Origin: Octopus bimaculoides
Taxonomy: Eukaryota
Reading direction: 5' to 3'
Length of the DNA: 64,000 nt
Assembly (NCBI RefSeq): GCF_001194135.2
Contig: NC_068985.1
Span: forward strand, 118,885,975-118,949,974
Shown here: piece after piece, positions 12,373-24,189 of the stretch
Layout: each line of letters begins with the position of its first letter
Numbering within the stretch: the first letter of the stretch is position 1
The notes under the pieces: generated by a model
Told to the model about the DNA's origin: nothing
Database searches by the model: none
Seen by the model: only the letters and a program-made list of their open reading frames with translations
Position numbers and translations under genes: made by a program

Positions 12373-13489
12373 ATATAGTTAATTTTGTAAAGGAAAGAAT
12401 ATATTGTCTGAGACTTAAGTGGGATGGATTATCGCTGTTAGATTATTCTTGCCAGCAATTTTTTATGGCCCTAATCAACGAACAGGGAATCTCCACCCTT
12501 AGGTTGTTTCCGGTCAGTAACTATTTATTATGGCCTTAATCAACAAACGGGAATACCACACCTGCAACAGGTAGTGTTTAAAATGAGGACATGTGCTGTA
12601 GATCTCATTTCAGTAGTTTAAAAGTGTCTCCAAATCCAGCGAGTCTTTTAGGATCCTTGCCCATTCTGCTATGCAAAGCTTGCGTCTTCTACTCCCATTT
12701 ATATAAGACTCTGGTTACTATATAGACCTCCATTTAATTGCTTATGGAGTACCTTTTCCCCTTAAGGTGCCACATATGGCTGGTCAAGGATGTGTCATGA
12801 CATCTTTCTGGAATCCTAAAAGGGGACAGAGCGGGCAAAGACCCTAAATAACTCACTTGACTGTGGAGCCTTTTAAAAGACCAGCTTAGCAGTGTGTGTG
12901 TGTGTGTGTGTGGATGTGAATGCATGCAAGAATATGTATGTATATGTACATAAATTTGCATGAGTGTGTGTGTGTATACATATAGAGAAGTAAATATGCT
13001 TTATCATAATATTTTGACATATTGTGTAATAGTAACAAGTCATTCAGATAAACAACTTACACTATTAACACCTACTGCCTATCCTGAGTATTATCTCTCA
13101 GCATACAGCTTATGTGTACACTGATGTGCATGTATGTGTATATTGGAGCTTGAGGCAAAAGCTGAAATAAGCAGAAAATATTGCAACCAGCTCATGTGGT
13201 ATGAGTTCCAATTTGTGAGAGAATGTTTTGTTCAGTCTTTGGGTAGAACATTTAAATGTTTGTGAGCCAGTTCAGTAACCTATTTGGAATAAGTACCATT
13301 GGAGCTATTGAACCATTAATGAACATATCTGAAGAAGAAATCTCAAGCAACTGATTCTATTTATCACATTAGTGCATCAGATAAAATGCATTTATCGTGT
13401 CATCGTCACAGATTTACAGTACACTTGTACTTACGTAATGTGTGTAAGCCCTGAAGAAGAAGAATTTGTGTGGGAATGTGTGTGTTTTG

Positions 13490-13528
13490 AGAGAGAGAGA
13501 GAGTGTGTGTGTGTGTGGAAGGGTGTAT

Positions 13529-13574
<46 letters not shown>

Positions 13575-13646
13575 GAGAGACAGAGAGACAGACAGAGACA
13601 GAGAGAAAAAAGAGAAAGGGAGAGAAAGAAAGAGAGAGAGAGAGAG

Positions 13647-13677
<31 letters not shown>

Positions 13678-14321
13678 NNNNNNNNNNNNNNNNNNNNNNN
13701 NNNNNNNNNNNNNNNNNNNNNNNNNNNNNNNNNNNNNNNNNNNNNNNNNNNNNNNNNNNNNNNNNNNNNNNNNNNNNNNNNNNNNNNNNNNNNNNNNNNN
13801 NNNNNNNNNNNNNNNNNNNNNNNNNNNNNNNNNNNNNNNNNNNNNNNNNNNNNNNNNNNNNNNNNNNNNNNNNNNNNNNNNNNNNNNNNNNNNNNNNNNN
13901 NNNNNNNNNNNNNNNNNNNNNNNNNNNNNNNNNNNNNNNNNNNNNNNNNNNNNNNNNNNNNNNNNNNNNNNNNNNNNNNNNNNNNNNNNNNNNNNNNNNN
14001 NNNNNNNNNNNNNNNNNNNNNNNNNNNNNNNNNNNNNNNNNNNNNNNNNNNNNNNNNNNNNNNNNNNNNNNNNNNNNNNNNNNNNNNNNNNNNNNNNNNN
14101 NNNNNNNNNNNNNNNNNNNNNNNNNNNNNNNNNNNNNNNNNNNNNNNNNNNNNNNNNNNNNNNNNNNNNNNNNNNNNNNNNNNNNNNNNNNNNNNNNNNN
14201 NNNNNNNNNNNNNNNNNNNNNNNNNNNNNNNNNTATATATATATATATATACATACATACATATATATGCACATATTCACACAAATTGGTTTATATACTT
14301 ATATGTATGTATATATATTTT

Positions 14322-14366
<45 letters not shown>

Positions 14367-14771
14367 ATTTGTGTGAGTTCTGTTTATTTTGCTAGACAAA
14401 AATATGAAAGCAAAGTGCTTAATATAACCTTATGTTAGATTTGTGTAGAATCTGAGATACGTTTATTTATGTGAGGGTAAACAGGAATTACATTCTGGAT
14501 AACAGTTTTGTTCAATCAACCTTTTGGTTGACTGTACACATCAGTGGATTTTCTTATCAAACTGTTGATGTGTATGGTCTAGTGAAAGGTCGATTGAACA
14601 AAATTGTGGTCCACTCCGTGCTTATCCTATAAATAATAATAAACATTGTCTATGTGCATGTCTATGATATATATGTATGTATATATCTATATATCTCTCT
14701 CTTATATATCATACACACACACAAACATATATGCATATATCTATATACATATGTATACATATATATGTGTT

Positions 14772-14856
<85 letters not shown>

Positions 14857-15000
14857 ATATATGTATATGCATGTGTATATATCTGTATATGTATGTATGT
14901 ATATATAAACATGTATGTATATATGCATGTATATATTTCTATCTATCTCTATCTTATATATTAAGATATATATACACACACACAATACATATATATATAT
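13490..15000. repeat. (GA)n, (GT)n and (TA)n dinucleotide cluster with a large gap; one unique island at about 14370-14650
   Basis: Directly visible. Confidence 0.9.
14502..14607 (+). ncRNA. Long imperfect hairpin; candidate pre-miRNA or hairpin RNA
   Basis: About 46-bp stem with a 14-nt loop. On the + strand it has 8 G.U pairs against only 1 A.C, 1 G.G and 1 U.U mismatch. Confidence 0.4.
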
Positions 15001-15206
15001 AAGCGGAGGTGTGGCTGTGTGGTAAGAAGCTTGCTTCCCAACGACATGGTTTCGGGTTCAGTCCCACTGTGTGGCACCTTGGGCAAATATGTTCTACTAT
15101 AGCCTTGGGCCAACCAAAGCTTTGTGAGTGGATTTGGTAGATGGATTTGGTAGGTGGATTTGGTAGAAAGAAGCCCATCATGTATATATATATGACGGGC
15201 TTCTTT

Positions 15207-15241
<35 letters not shown>

Positions 15242-15461
15242 TTGTGTGTATGTTTGTGTGTCTGTGTTTGTCCCCTCCACTATCACTTGACCACTGATGT
15301 TGGTGTGTTTACGTCCCTGTAACTTAGCGGTTCAGCAAAAGAGACCAATAAAATAAGTACTAGGCTTACAAAAGAATAAGTCTTGAGTGCAATTTGTTCG
15401 AATAAAGGCGGTGCTGTAGCATGGCCACAGTCAAATGACTGAAACAAGTAAACGAATAAAA
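15001..15461 (+). mobile_element. SINE family A, full length
   Basis: GTGGCTGTGTGGTAAGAAGCTTGCTTCCCAAC...GGGTTCAGTCCCAC...GACTGAAACAAGTAAA. Confidence 0.85.
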
Positions 15462-15674
15462 GGATATATATATATGTATATATGTATACATGCACATATA
15501 TATCCTATTCTGTTATTGCTTTTTGTCACTGAACTATACCCATGCTGAAGAGGCACCCTGGAAGGTTTAGTTTCAGTCTAATATGTATTTTATCAAATCC
15601 TATTTGTTAAACTGCTAGGTTACAAGACATAAAGGGATACAATATAAACACAGGCAAATATATTTATATACACT

Positions 15675-15998
15675 ACATGTATGGCTGTGTGGTAAGAGGC
15701 TTACTTCCCTACCACATGGTTCTGGGCTGTCCCACTGTGTTGCACCTTGGACAAGTGTCTTCAACTATAGCTTCAGGTGTGCGTGTGTCTCTTCGTCTGT
15801 GTTTGTCCCCCCATCATCATTTGATAACCGGTGTTTGTGTGTTGACATCCCCCGTAACTTAGTGGCTTGGTAAAAGAAACTGATAGAATAAGTACTAGGC
15901 TTTAAAAAATAACTCCTGGCTTTGATTTGTTTGACTAAAACCCATCAAGGTGGTCCAGCATGGTCAGAGTCGAATGACTGAAATAAGTAAATGATAAA
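15675..15998 (+). mobile_element. SINE family A, internally deleted
   Basis: Same head and 3' body as 15001. Confidence 0.75.
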
Positions 15999-16665
15999 AT
16001 ATATATATATATATATATATATACATGCATACAGGGAGGGAAAGAGAGAGAGAGGACTGAGAGAGATAGAGAGGACAGAGAGAGATAGAGAGGGAAAGAA
16101 CATAACGAATGAAGATGTATTATCAATGATTTATTTACCTTACCTGTGTTTCAAATTGTTTACTACACTATTTGAAACACATGAAAGTTAGGTAAATCTT
16201 TGAGAATCTTACACACACACAGACACACACACACACATGTATGAGCATGTGTGTTGTGTATATATATATATATATATGTACGTATATTTGTAAACATACA
16301 ATCTTACAAGGTTGATAGTCACTTCAAAGTTTTTGCCATCTAGCTTTCATAATGCAACTTTAAAATGATGCCAACATATTTGTCTTCTAGAAATAATATA
16401 AATATGGTACTCTTCTGAAAAATATTGAGAGATTCTTTAATTTAACGTTTGACATTTTACATATAAATATTTTAAAAACATGTAATATATTTGTATATTG
16501 TCTTTTCTCTCGAGAGTTAATATGCTAATAATAGACACATACACTGGTTCCATGTCACTGCTGTATTTACATTAGTCAGTTAGTTGACCAATTAACTAAT
16601 TGATTGTTTAAGTAATTATTTGGTTAATCAATTGATCAACTAAGTTTGTCAAAGTTTTTTTAAAA

Positions 16666-16881
16666 CCCTTTAGTATTCAGATTACTCTGTCAAATGTTAT
16701 ACTTATTTATTAACATTGGAATCAATCATGCATTATCTCATACCTTTGAAAATTTTAATGATGGATTGTTTATTTCCAGAATGACATTGTAAGGTAGGTG
16801 TGAGAGGCCAGATCTGGCCAGTTTGAACATAAAACATGTAAAATATTTTGACTGGATATGGCCAGTTTAAATGCTAAAGGC
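16666..16881 (+). mobile_element. piggyBac-type MITE (TTAA target)
   Basis: TIRs CCCTTTAG(T/C)ATT ... AATGCTAAAGG(C/G), followed by TTAA. Further copies at 51022-51712 and 53572-53731. Confidence 0.75.
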
Positions 16882-16994
16882 TTAAAGTCCTTGTGCTGCC
16901 ATATGCAACCCCATCAATCATGCCTTTTCCATTCCAGGTCTGTTCCTCATATATATATATATACATATTCACCATGATAGATCGCTAACCACTA

Positions 16995-17158
16995 CACACA
17001 TTTATTTTCTTTGCTTTTTTTTTTCTCTCCTTGTTTGTTTCTGTGTTCCTTTCTGTGGAAGAGCATAGGCTCGAAACGTCAAAGCCTTTTTCAATTCCTG
17101 AGCGTTATACTAATACATCTGTCTTTGTCTGTTGTTTTTTTTTGTGAATACTCCCTAT
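16995..17158 (+). mobile_element. Family D: Penelope-like terminal repeat with a minimal hammerhead-like motif
   Basis: CTTT-CTGTGGA-A-GAGC-ATAG-GCTC-GAAAC-GTC-AAAG (17049-17084), followed by ...TTCCTGAGCGTTATACTAATACATCTG...GAATACTCCC. Confidence 0.6.
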
Positions 17159-18176
17159 ATATATATGTATATAGATATATGGATAACAGCTCTTTTGGTA
17201 CCTATTTAATTAAATACATGTCTGTGTTCAAGTTTCATCTTATTTATTTTATTTAAGATTTTTTATGTTTTCTTATTAGTTTTTACAACTGGTTTGGAAC
17301 AATAAAATAAAGAAAAATGAAGATGTGGCTACTAGCATGAAAACCTAACGGGTAAAAATTTAACCACAAAAGAACAGATCAACACAGGACTGCTGATGTA
17401 GAAGCTTAAACGGTCAAATAATCCCTTGGCAGAAAAGTTTACATGAATTCAACCAGTAACAAAGAAGCAATGCTGATGCCAAATCTATTCATTTCTTGGA
17501 AATGAGACTGTGAAGGTCTGGAATGTTGGAATATGAATTTAGGAACATCTTATTCCAAACTACTTGTTAGAAGAACTAATAAGAAAATACAACCCCACCC
17601 GCCAAAAAAAAAACATAAAATGAATATGATAAAACTTGAACAAAGTTGTGTATTCAATGAACATAAATATACATGCTTGCACACAAGACGGGCCTCCAGA
17701 CAGGTTCTGTCTACTAAATTCCACTCACATTGGTCATCTTGAAGATTATTGCAGAAGCTACTTGCCCAAAATGACAGATAGTAAGATTGACAATAGAGCT
17801 GCATGGTTGTATAGCAGAGGTCTTATCCACATGATTCTGCCTACACCTACAACTAGATGTATCATAATTATCATTTCATTTCTCTGTCTGAAGAATTTCT
17901 AATAGGAAATTCCTTATATGTCTATCTAATGTGTAAAACATTGCAAATGAAACATGTGTAATGGTGAATAAATAATTGCCCCAAAATTCTCATTTCCTGT
18001 TTTATTATACAGTAACTCTGCAAATAGTATTTCTATAATTCTCAATTTTAATACATATTTTGAACTAACACACAAGAGTAACTAAGACTACATATTGGAT
18101 TGTGATAATGGAATAAATAGATTTGCTTCAAGAGGAAACAGCTGCAATTTACCCTAACTACCTACACAATACAACA

Positions 18177-18230
<54 letters not shown>

Positions 18231-19173
18231 ATACATATATATGTATGATGTATATATGTATGAATTATACACACACACACATGTTTGGAAATAAAAATCA
18301 AATGAAATTACACAACATTGACAGAACAATTTTAGACCCAAAACATTGCTATAGGGTTTTTTATAGCCTATGTTTCGTGTACGTATGCATATGCATGCAT
18401 TCATGTGGTAAATACTATAAGCAGATGAACAATGTATCCAGATGAAGTAATGATATTTATAGCTACAGGAGGTAAACTTAGCACAAGAAAATTCATAGAA
18501 TTGCACTAAACTGGTGCTAGTTTATGATATCTCTATACAGCTAGATGGGTTGTGATTTTGGGGAGTTATGTGTCATGGATACAGATACAGACATAATGCA
18601 GTTGCCGTTAGCAAGATATATGTTATCTTTCACAAAGTTCTACTGAAAAATTATTAACTCATTTGCATTATATATATATATATATATATAAACACCAAAA
18701 GTGATGTGCTGAGTCAGTGCCCTCAACAGAAGAAATTCATGTTGAAAAGATGGAATTCCCCACTTGCCAACAAACAGATAAAAATTGTGCATGTGCTGGC
18801 CAGTTTCAGATGTAACTGGGACCTGTCAAAGGGAGATAACTCCACCTCACCCAGAATGGATGTCGCTGAGTAGAGTTTTGTCTCGGGTTATTTTTCATAA
18901 CACTTGATAACCAAGGTTGTTTTCCTACCTCTATTTGTAGAGTAGTATATATATATATATNNNNNNNNNNNNNNNNNNNNNNNNNNNNNNNNNNNNNNNN
19001 NNNNNNNNNNNNNNNNNNNNNNNNNNNNNNNNNNNNNNNNNNNNNNNNNNNNNNNNNNNNNNNNNNNNNNNNNNNNNNNNNNNNNNNNNNNNNNNNNNNN
19101 NNNNNNNNNNNNNNNNNNNNNNNNNNNNNNNNNNNNNNNNNNNNNNNNNNNNNNNNNNNNNNNNNNNNNNNNN

Positions 19174-19314
19174 AAACGCATGTTATAATTGCATACTTTA
19201 TTCCTACATATGTTTCAAAGGATTACAACCTGTGTGATCCATAGGGATCTTTGATATTAAAATTGTAACCTTCTCATCAGGGAAAGCATGGGAATCATCT
19301 TATAACATGCGTTT
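19174..19314 (-). ncRNA. Type I hammerhead ribozyme, apparently intact, with extended stem I
   Basis: Minus strand: AAACGCATGTTATAA-gatgattcc-CATGC-TTTCC-CTGATGA-GAAGGTTACAAT-[..GATCC ctat GGATC..]-GTTGTAATCCTTT-GAAAC-ATAT-GTA-GGAA-taaa-GTATG-caa-TTATAACATGCGTTT. The core is complete, stem III is the palindrome ACATATGT, and the 15-bp distal stem I is perfect. Confidence 0.88.
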
Positions 19315-20014
19315 TCTCCATTCCTTAAATTCTTAAATATACTCAAATACCCAAAATTTCAAGGAGTTCCTGCCTTAAAAACAGGAACTAAACCACAGTT
19401 ATTTTGTGTTCTTTGCTACATTGGTTTCTATTAACCCATTTATTCTATCAGAAGAATTTTTATTCATTAAGATAGAAGAAATACACATAATTATATATAT
19501 ATCTATATATATATATATATATATATATAAATATATATCCATACACACATTCATCTTATATGTGTGTATGTGTGTATATGTAAGCACGAGCTTGTTCCTT
19601 AAGCTTTCAACTCCAGTCAATACAGAGAAGGCCATGTGGTGTGTATTCTTTATCAATTTCAGATTTGGATTAATATCCATCAGAGCATTTAACTAGTTTA
19701 ACCCTCAGCATCTGGAAAGTAGCGCTATATTGTCATCAGTCGTCTTTCCCAACTTCTTCTTCCTCCTGCTCCTCCTCATCATCATCATCATCACCGCCAT
19801 CATTATATCGGCATGTTCGCTGTCATTGTCATCATACAAATTTTCAGTAACATCATTACCATCTCTCACCACAACCATTGCAACGTCCAGAGTCAATTTT
19901 ATCAATACTGCCACTTTTATCATCATCATCATCATCATCATCAGATATTCAGTTGCTTTACTGTTCTTGTTATGCAAGTTGTTAATAGTACAAACATGAC
20001 CATCACCACTGCTG

Positions 20015-20102
20015 TTTTTCACTTCCCGAGCATTAAACTAATACATCTGTTTGTTGTCTACACCACCTGTCTTCGTCTTTTGTTTTTTTATGAATTCTCC
20101 CT
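20015..20102 (+). mobile_element. Family D 3' part (no hammerhead portion)
   Basis: CACTTCCCGAGCATTAAACTAATACATCTGTTTGTTGTCTACACCACCTGTCTTCGTC. Confidence 0.65.
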
Positions 20103-20117
20103 ATATATATAAAATAC

Positions 20118-20366
20118 ACCATTTGAGCGTGGCCATTGCCAGTACCGCTTGACCGGCCTTCGTGTGGGTGGCACGTAAAAGCACCCACTACACTCTCTGA
20201 GCGGTTGGCGTTAGGAAGGGCATCCAGCTGTAGAAACTCTGCCAAATCAATCAGATTGCAGCCTGGTGTAGTCATCCGGTTTCACCAGTCCTCCGTCAAA
20301 TCGTCCAACCCATGCTAGCATGGAAAGTGGACGTTAAACGACGACGACGATGATGATGATGATGAT
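20118..20366 (+). mobile_element. Family C copy, young subfamily
   Basis: CpG-rich; ends GGACGTTAAACGACGACGACGATGATG. Confidence 0.85.
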
Positions 20367-20635
20367 ATATATATATTGTCAGTAGTTTCTATATCTGGAA
20401 AAGAAGTATACTCTGAAGCATTAGAGCAGTAATATATTTTTTAGGAAGTTAAAAGTTATGGCCAGTTACAAAATGACCACTGGTGCAGAAACCAATGGTC
20501 ATTCTATGACCGACCATTACTTCTAACTTCCTAAAATACATATTCTTTTATTCGATTCAGCCATGCAGCTGCAGTCATGTTGGAGCACCAATTTGGAACG
20601 GTGAATTGTGAAGCAGATGAAGTTATAAATAATCA

Positions 20636-20850
20636 TTTCATGTTTTAGCACAAGGCCAGCAATTTTGAGGAGTGGTTAAGTTCATTACACAAACCCCGGT
20701 GCTCAACTGATACTTATTTTATTGGCCTCAAAGAAATGAGAGGCAAAGTCGACCTCGGTGAAATTTGAACTCAGAACATAAAGATGGATGAAATACTGCT
20801 AAGCATTTTGCCTGGCATGCTAACAATTCTGCTAACATGCCACCTTAAAT
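20636..20850 (-). mobile_element. SINE family B copy
   Basis: Reverse complement of the family B body (AGGCAAAGTCGACCTCGGTGAAATTTGAACTCAGAAC). Confidence 0.8.
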
Positions 20851-21029
20851 GAAGATGTAAATAATAGAATGTAAATATTGGGTTAAAAATCCCTTTGGAT
20901 AGAAAAAACTGAAGGTTACCCATGAGGTTTAAGTCCACATCTTCCATAAACATGACAGGTCTTCATTTACTGGACCAAAGCAATCCTTCAAATTTCTCTA
21001 TCCATTTTAGAAACTTAATTCATAATAGT

Positions 21030-21262
21030 GAGGATATATACATACACCATGAATTCTTGGTTCATCTGCTGGCTTTCCACTCCCCCAAAAAAGTATAACC
21101 ACTTCCAGCTTCCTCTAATTCACCAGTGTCTGCAAGCCTGGTTTCACTTAAGCAGCAATATTGATGTTGTAAGGGTTGATTACCTTTGCAATTAGGACTG
21201 TTTTTCATTCTAGGCTGTCTTTGCTGTCTTGTAAAGTTCTTACATTCCAATAACCAAAGACT
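21030..21262 (-). mobile_element. Decayed RTE-clade endonuclease N-terminus
   Basis: With frameshifts: WNVRTLQDSKDSLE*KTVLIAKVINPYNINIAA-SETRLADTGELEEAGSGYTFF-SGKPADEPRIHGV. These are the WNVRTL, SETR and GYTFFWSG motifs of RTE/BovB-type endonucleases. Confidence 0.85.
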
Positions 21263-21294
21263 AGTATGTTTCTATTTTTTCGTCTTATCTTTAT

Positions 21295-21555
21295 CTCAAT
21301 ATAAGGATAAGGATAGGTCGAAGCAATCACTAAAATCTCTACAGCTTAAGTTGACATTTTGGGAAAGTCATTGCCTAGATCAATTTGTATCCAAACGATT
21401 TCAATTGAAGAAAAAGAACAGAAGAACTATATCCCACAATCAACAGACACACTTGCCCAGTCCCAGCCAAAATCAAATTCATCAATGTCACTATTGCGAC
21501 TTCATAGCAACATCCATACCTGAAAGTACATACATGCATCCATCACAAATAGAAG
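21295..21555 (+). mobile_element. Decayed RTE ORF C-terminus with terminal C2H2-like zinc finger
   Basis: YKD(KD)RSKQSLKSLQLKLTFWESHCLD resembles RYKDxLKxSLK..WE..A.DR. It continues HQCHYCDFIATSI-(frameshift)-LKVHTCIHHK*. Confidence 0.65.
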
Positions 21556-22884
21556 CAGATTCTTAGATCTTTTCTCTTTTTTTCTTCTTTCTATTACTTT
21601 CTTTAAGCCCTCTCCGTCAAACACACATATATCGAAACCAACAGGAGTGACCATCATATACATACACACAGGCGTGCACACACACACACACACACACATT
21701 CACACATACACACACACACACGCGCACACACACACACACACACACATACACATGGGAACATATTTTATCAGGGTATGTAAAAGTAAATCAATTCCCATTA
21801 GATGTGAATATTTGAATACAAACTAAGTAGAGTAAAAATAGACTTAATCAGATACTCTTCAGCCTTTGTCATACCAACAATAGTAGCGATCAGAGAGAGA
21901 TAAGCTCCCGGCAATCCTAATCCATGACCCATTTCCAGTAACAATTTCTAACTACATCACTACTACTTGCGTCACTAATGCCCTTGAAAATATGATCATG
22001 AACATGACACAGTACCATTCTGTTTCTGCCAGGAGTCTACAGGCTTGTGCCAATGTAAATTAATATATTAGCAACGTAACAGAAGCATGCATCTGCATAA
22101 TACAAGATACTGAGTATAGATTTTAAATATTTATTAGTGATATTATATATTCTTTTCTTCATTTTACTGTTTGCCGTCATTGGATTGTGGCCATATCAAT
22201 GCAATGCCTTCAAGGTTTTTTTTTTGGTCGATTATATTGATCTCAGTTCTTTGATACTTATTTTAATTGACCTCATAAGGTAGACAGGCAAAGTTAACCT
22301 GGGTTCTAAAGGGAAGTACCTGTGATGGAATTGAACACCATAAGGTTTATTTGAGACATTGATCCTGGCATCTCTCACCTACAGACACAAAACATGCACA
22401 CACGCACACACACATGCACACTCCCTCTCTCTATCTCTATCTCTTTCACACGCTCACACATCTTTATATACAAAAGCGAATGTACACATGTTCCATGTTG
22501 TAGGTAAGTCAGAAGGACAGAAAAATAAATAAAAGGACAAAAATTAAAATCTATTATATTGTTATTAACATTGTCTAAGTCTTAATTCTCGCATTAACTT
22601 TATGGAACAATGTTGTGAAGATATATAAACTGAAGTACCCAAATAAAAATATCTAAAAATTTATAAAATATGGAAATTCCTTTGGTCTTGCTAGTTACGA
22701 TCTAATTCTTTCTAGCAAAGGCATACTGACACTTCTTTGGTTACATCAAGTTTTGTCAGTGAACAGGTTGCAGTTTCAAAGCGATGAAAATATTTTGACA
22801 CAAATGAAAATTAAATGTTGAAGTGAAACTAACAGTTTTTGTGTGTTCTTGAATGGCTTACGAATATTTTTCACTAGCAATATT

Positions 22885-23060
22885 TTTCTTGTTTAATCCT
22901 AGGTTAACCATCATTGAACAAACCTATAACCAAAGGCATTCCATTCAGGACCATCCCAATTTTTATTTTTCAGTCATTGTGTACACCAAACTACATTTTC
23001 TAAGGTAACTAAAGTTGTTTAAAGCATAACATTCAAACTTTCATTATGTTTTCAATTTCT
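22885..23060 (+). repeat. Unclassified dispersed repeat (also at about 49990-50120 and 55040-55200)
   Basis: Shared block resembling AAAG(G/A)(C/T)ATT(C/T)CAGCCATG(A/G)C(C/T)AT in three places. Confidence 0.45.
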
Positions 23061-23224
23061 GCAGTGAAGGTTGCTAAAAACATAACACCCAAACACACTG
23101 TGACAAGCAGAGTAATATCGTAAATATTTTCTTTATTACTGTTACAAAAGAGATAGATAAGGAGATATTATAGAAGTAAGTTGTTAAAAAAGTGTGATAG
23201 TTTACATAGAAATTGAATAATCAT

Positions 23225-23525
23225 TATCATTTTTAACATCCACTTTCCTTTGTTTGTATAGGACAGAAATTTTGGAGGCAGGATTTTGTACAGCCAGATG
23301 TCCTTCCTGTCTCTAACCCTTAACTTTTTCAAACAAGGTAATATTTCTCCATGGCTTGACATGTAATTCTTAGAAGACTGGAAATGCAGAACATTGCTTG
23401 TTTGACAGTGATGTTTGTTTATAACCATAATGTCAAGGCGAGGATACACACAAGCATACAAACACACATTCTTTCAGTTTCCATCAAACTTAATCAACTC
23501 ACAAGAATGTCTTCTACTATAGACC
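23225..23525 (-). mobile_element. SINE family A' copy
   Basis: Same body and tail as 6310-6845. Confidence 0.65.
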
Positions 23526-24189
23526 ACCCCTGGGTGTTGAAAACACTTAAAAAATAAAAGGAAATCATGCTGATGTTAACTTTGTCTTTCATACTTCTGG
23601 AATTGATTGATAAAATAATAAACAAGTAAAGTTTGGGAATTGATTTAATTGGCTATATGTTTCCTTTAAAATTCATGGGTATAGAAGGCACTTATTGAAG
23701 GTGCTGCACAGTAGTACTGAACTCAAGACCACATGGTTGAGAAGCAATTGTCTTAATCACACAACTATGCCTGAATAATATGAAGCCTAAAAGAAAAAAA
23801 ACCAATAGTATACACTGTATACACATAGACCAGAAAGTTTCAAGAGACAACACATTACCTAGGGCCAATCAATGAATTCCACAGATCCAGGATTTCCCTG
23901 GTCACCAAGAATAAGTGTCCTTTATGACCTATATTCCTAGGTCTATTGGAACAAGCTGAGAGTAGGTTCATTCATTTGGATCATGCTTAGCACTAACACT
24001 CACCATTCAAGAATGTTACTCAAGGACAGTACTTTTCTCTCTAACTTTATTTTTATCTCTAAGTGGATCTTGAGGAAACTGATGTGCCTTGTGTACTCTT
24101 ATCAGACAGGTAGGCATGATGTGTATACTGGGCTTTGTACATTTGTACCCCAGTGTCATTTTGATGGCATGCATTGCTCTCTTGCTCAA

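Noticed and set aside
13372-14438. Several ORFs of about 300 aa; likewise the poly-IY, HT, VC, V and S ORFs elsewhere
   Set aside because: Dinucleotide or trinucleotide repeats plus N runs.
21186-21566. C2H2 zinc-finger host gene exon
   Set aside because: The single finger is frameshifted and preceded by an RTE C-terminal motif; it is better explained as a LINE relic.
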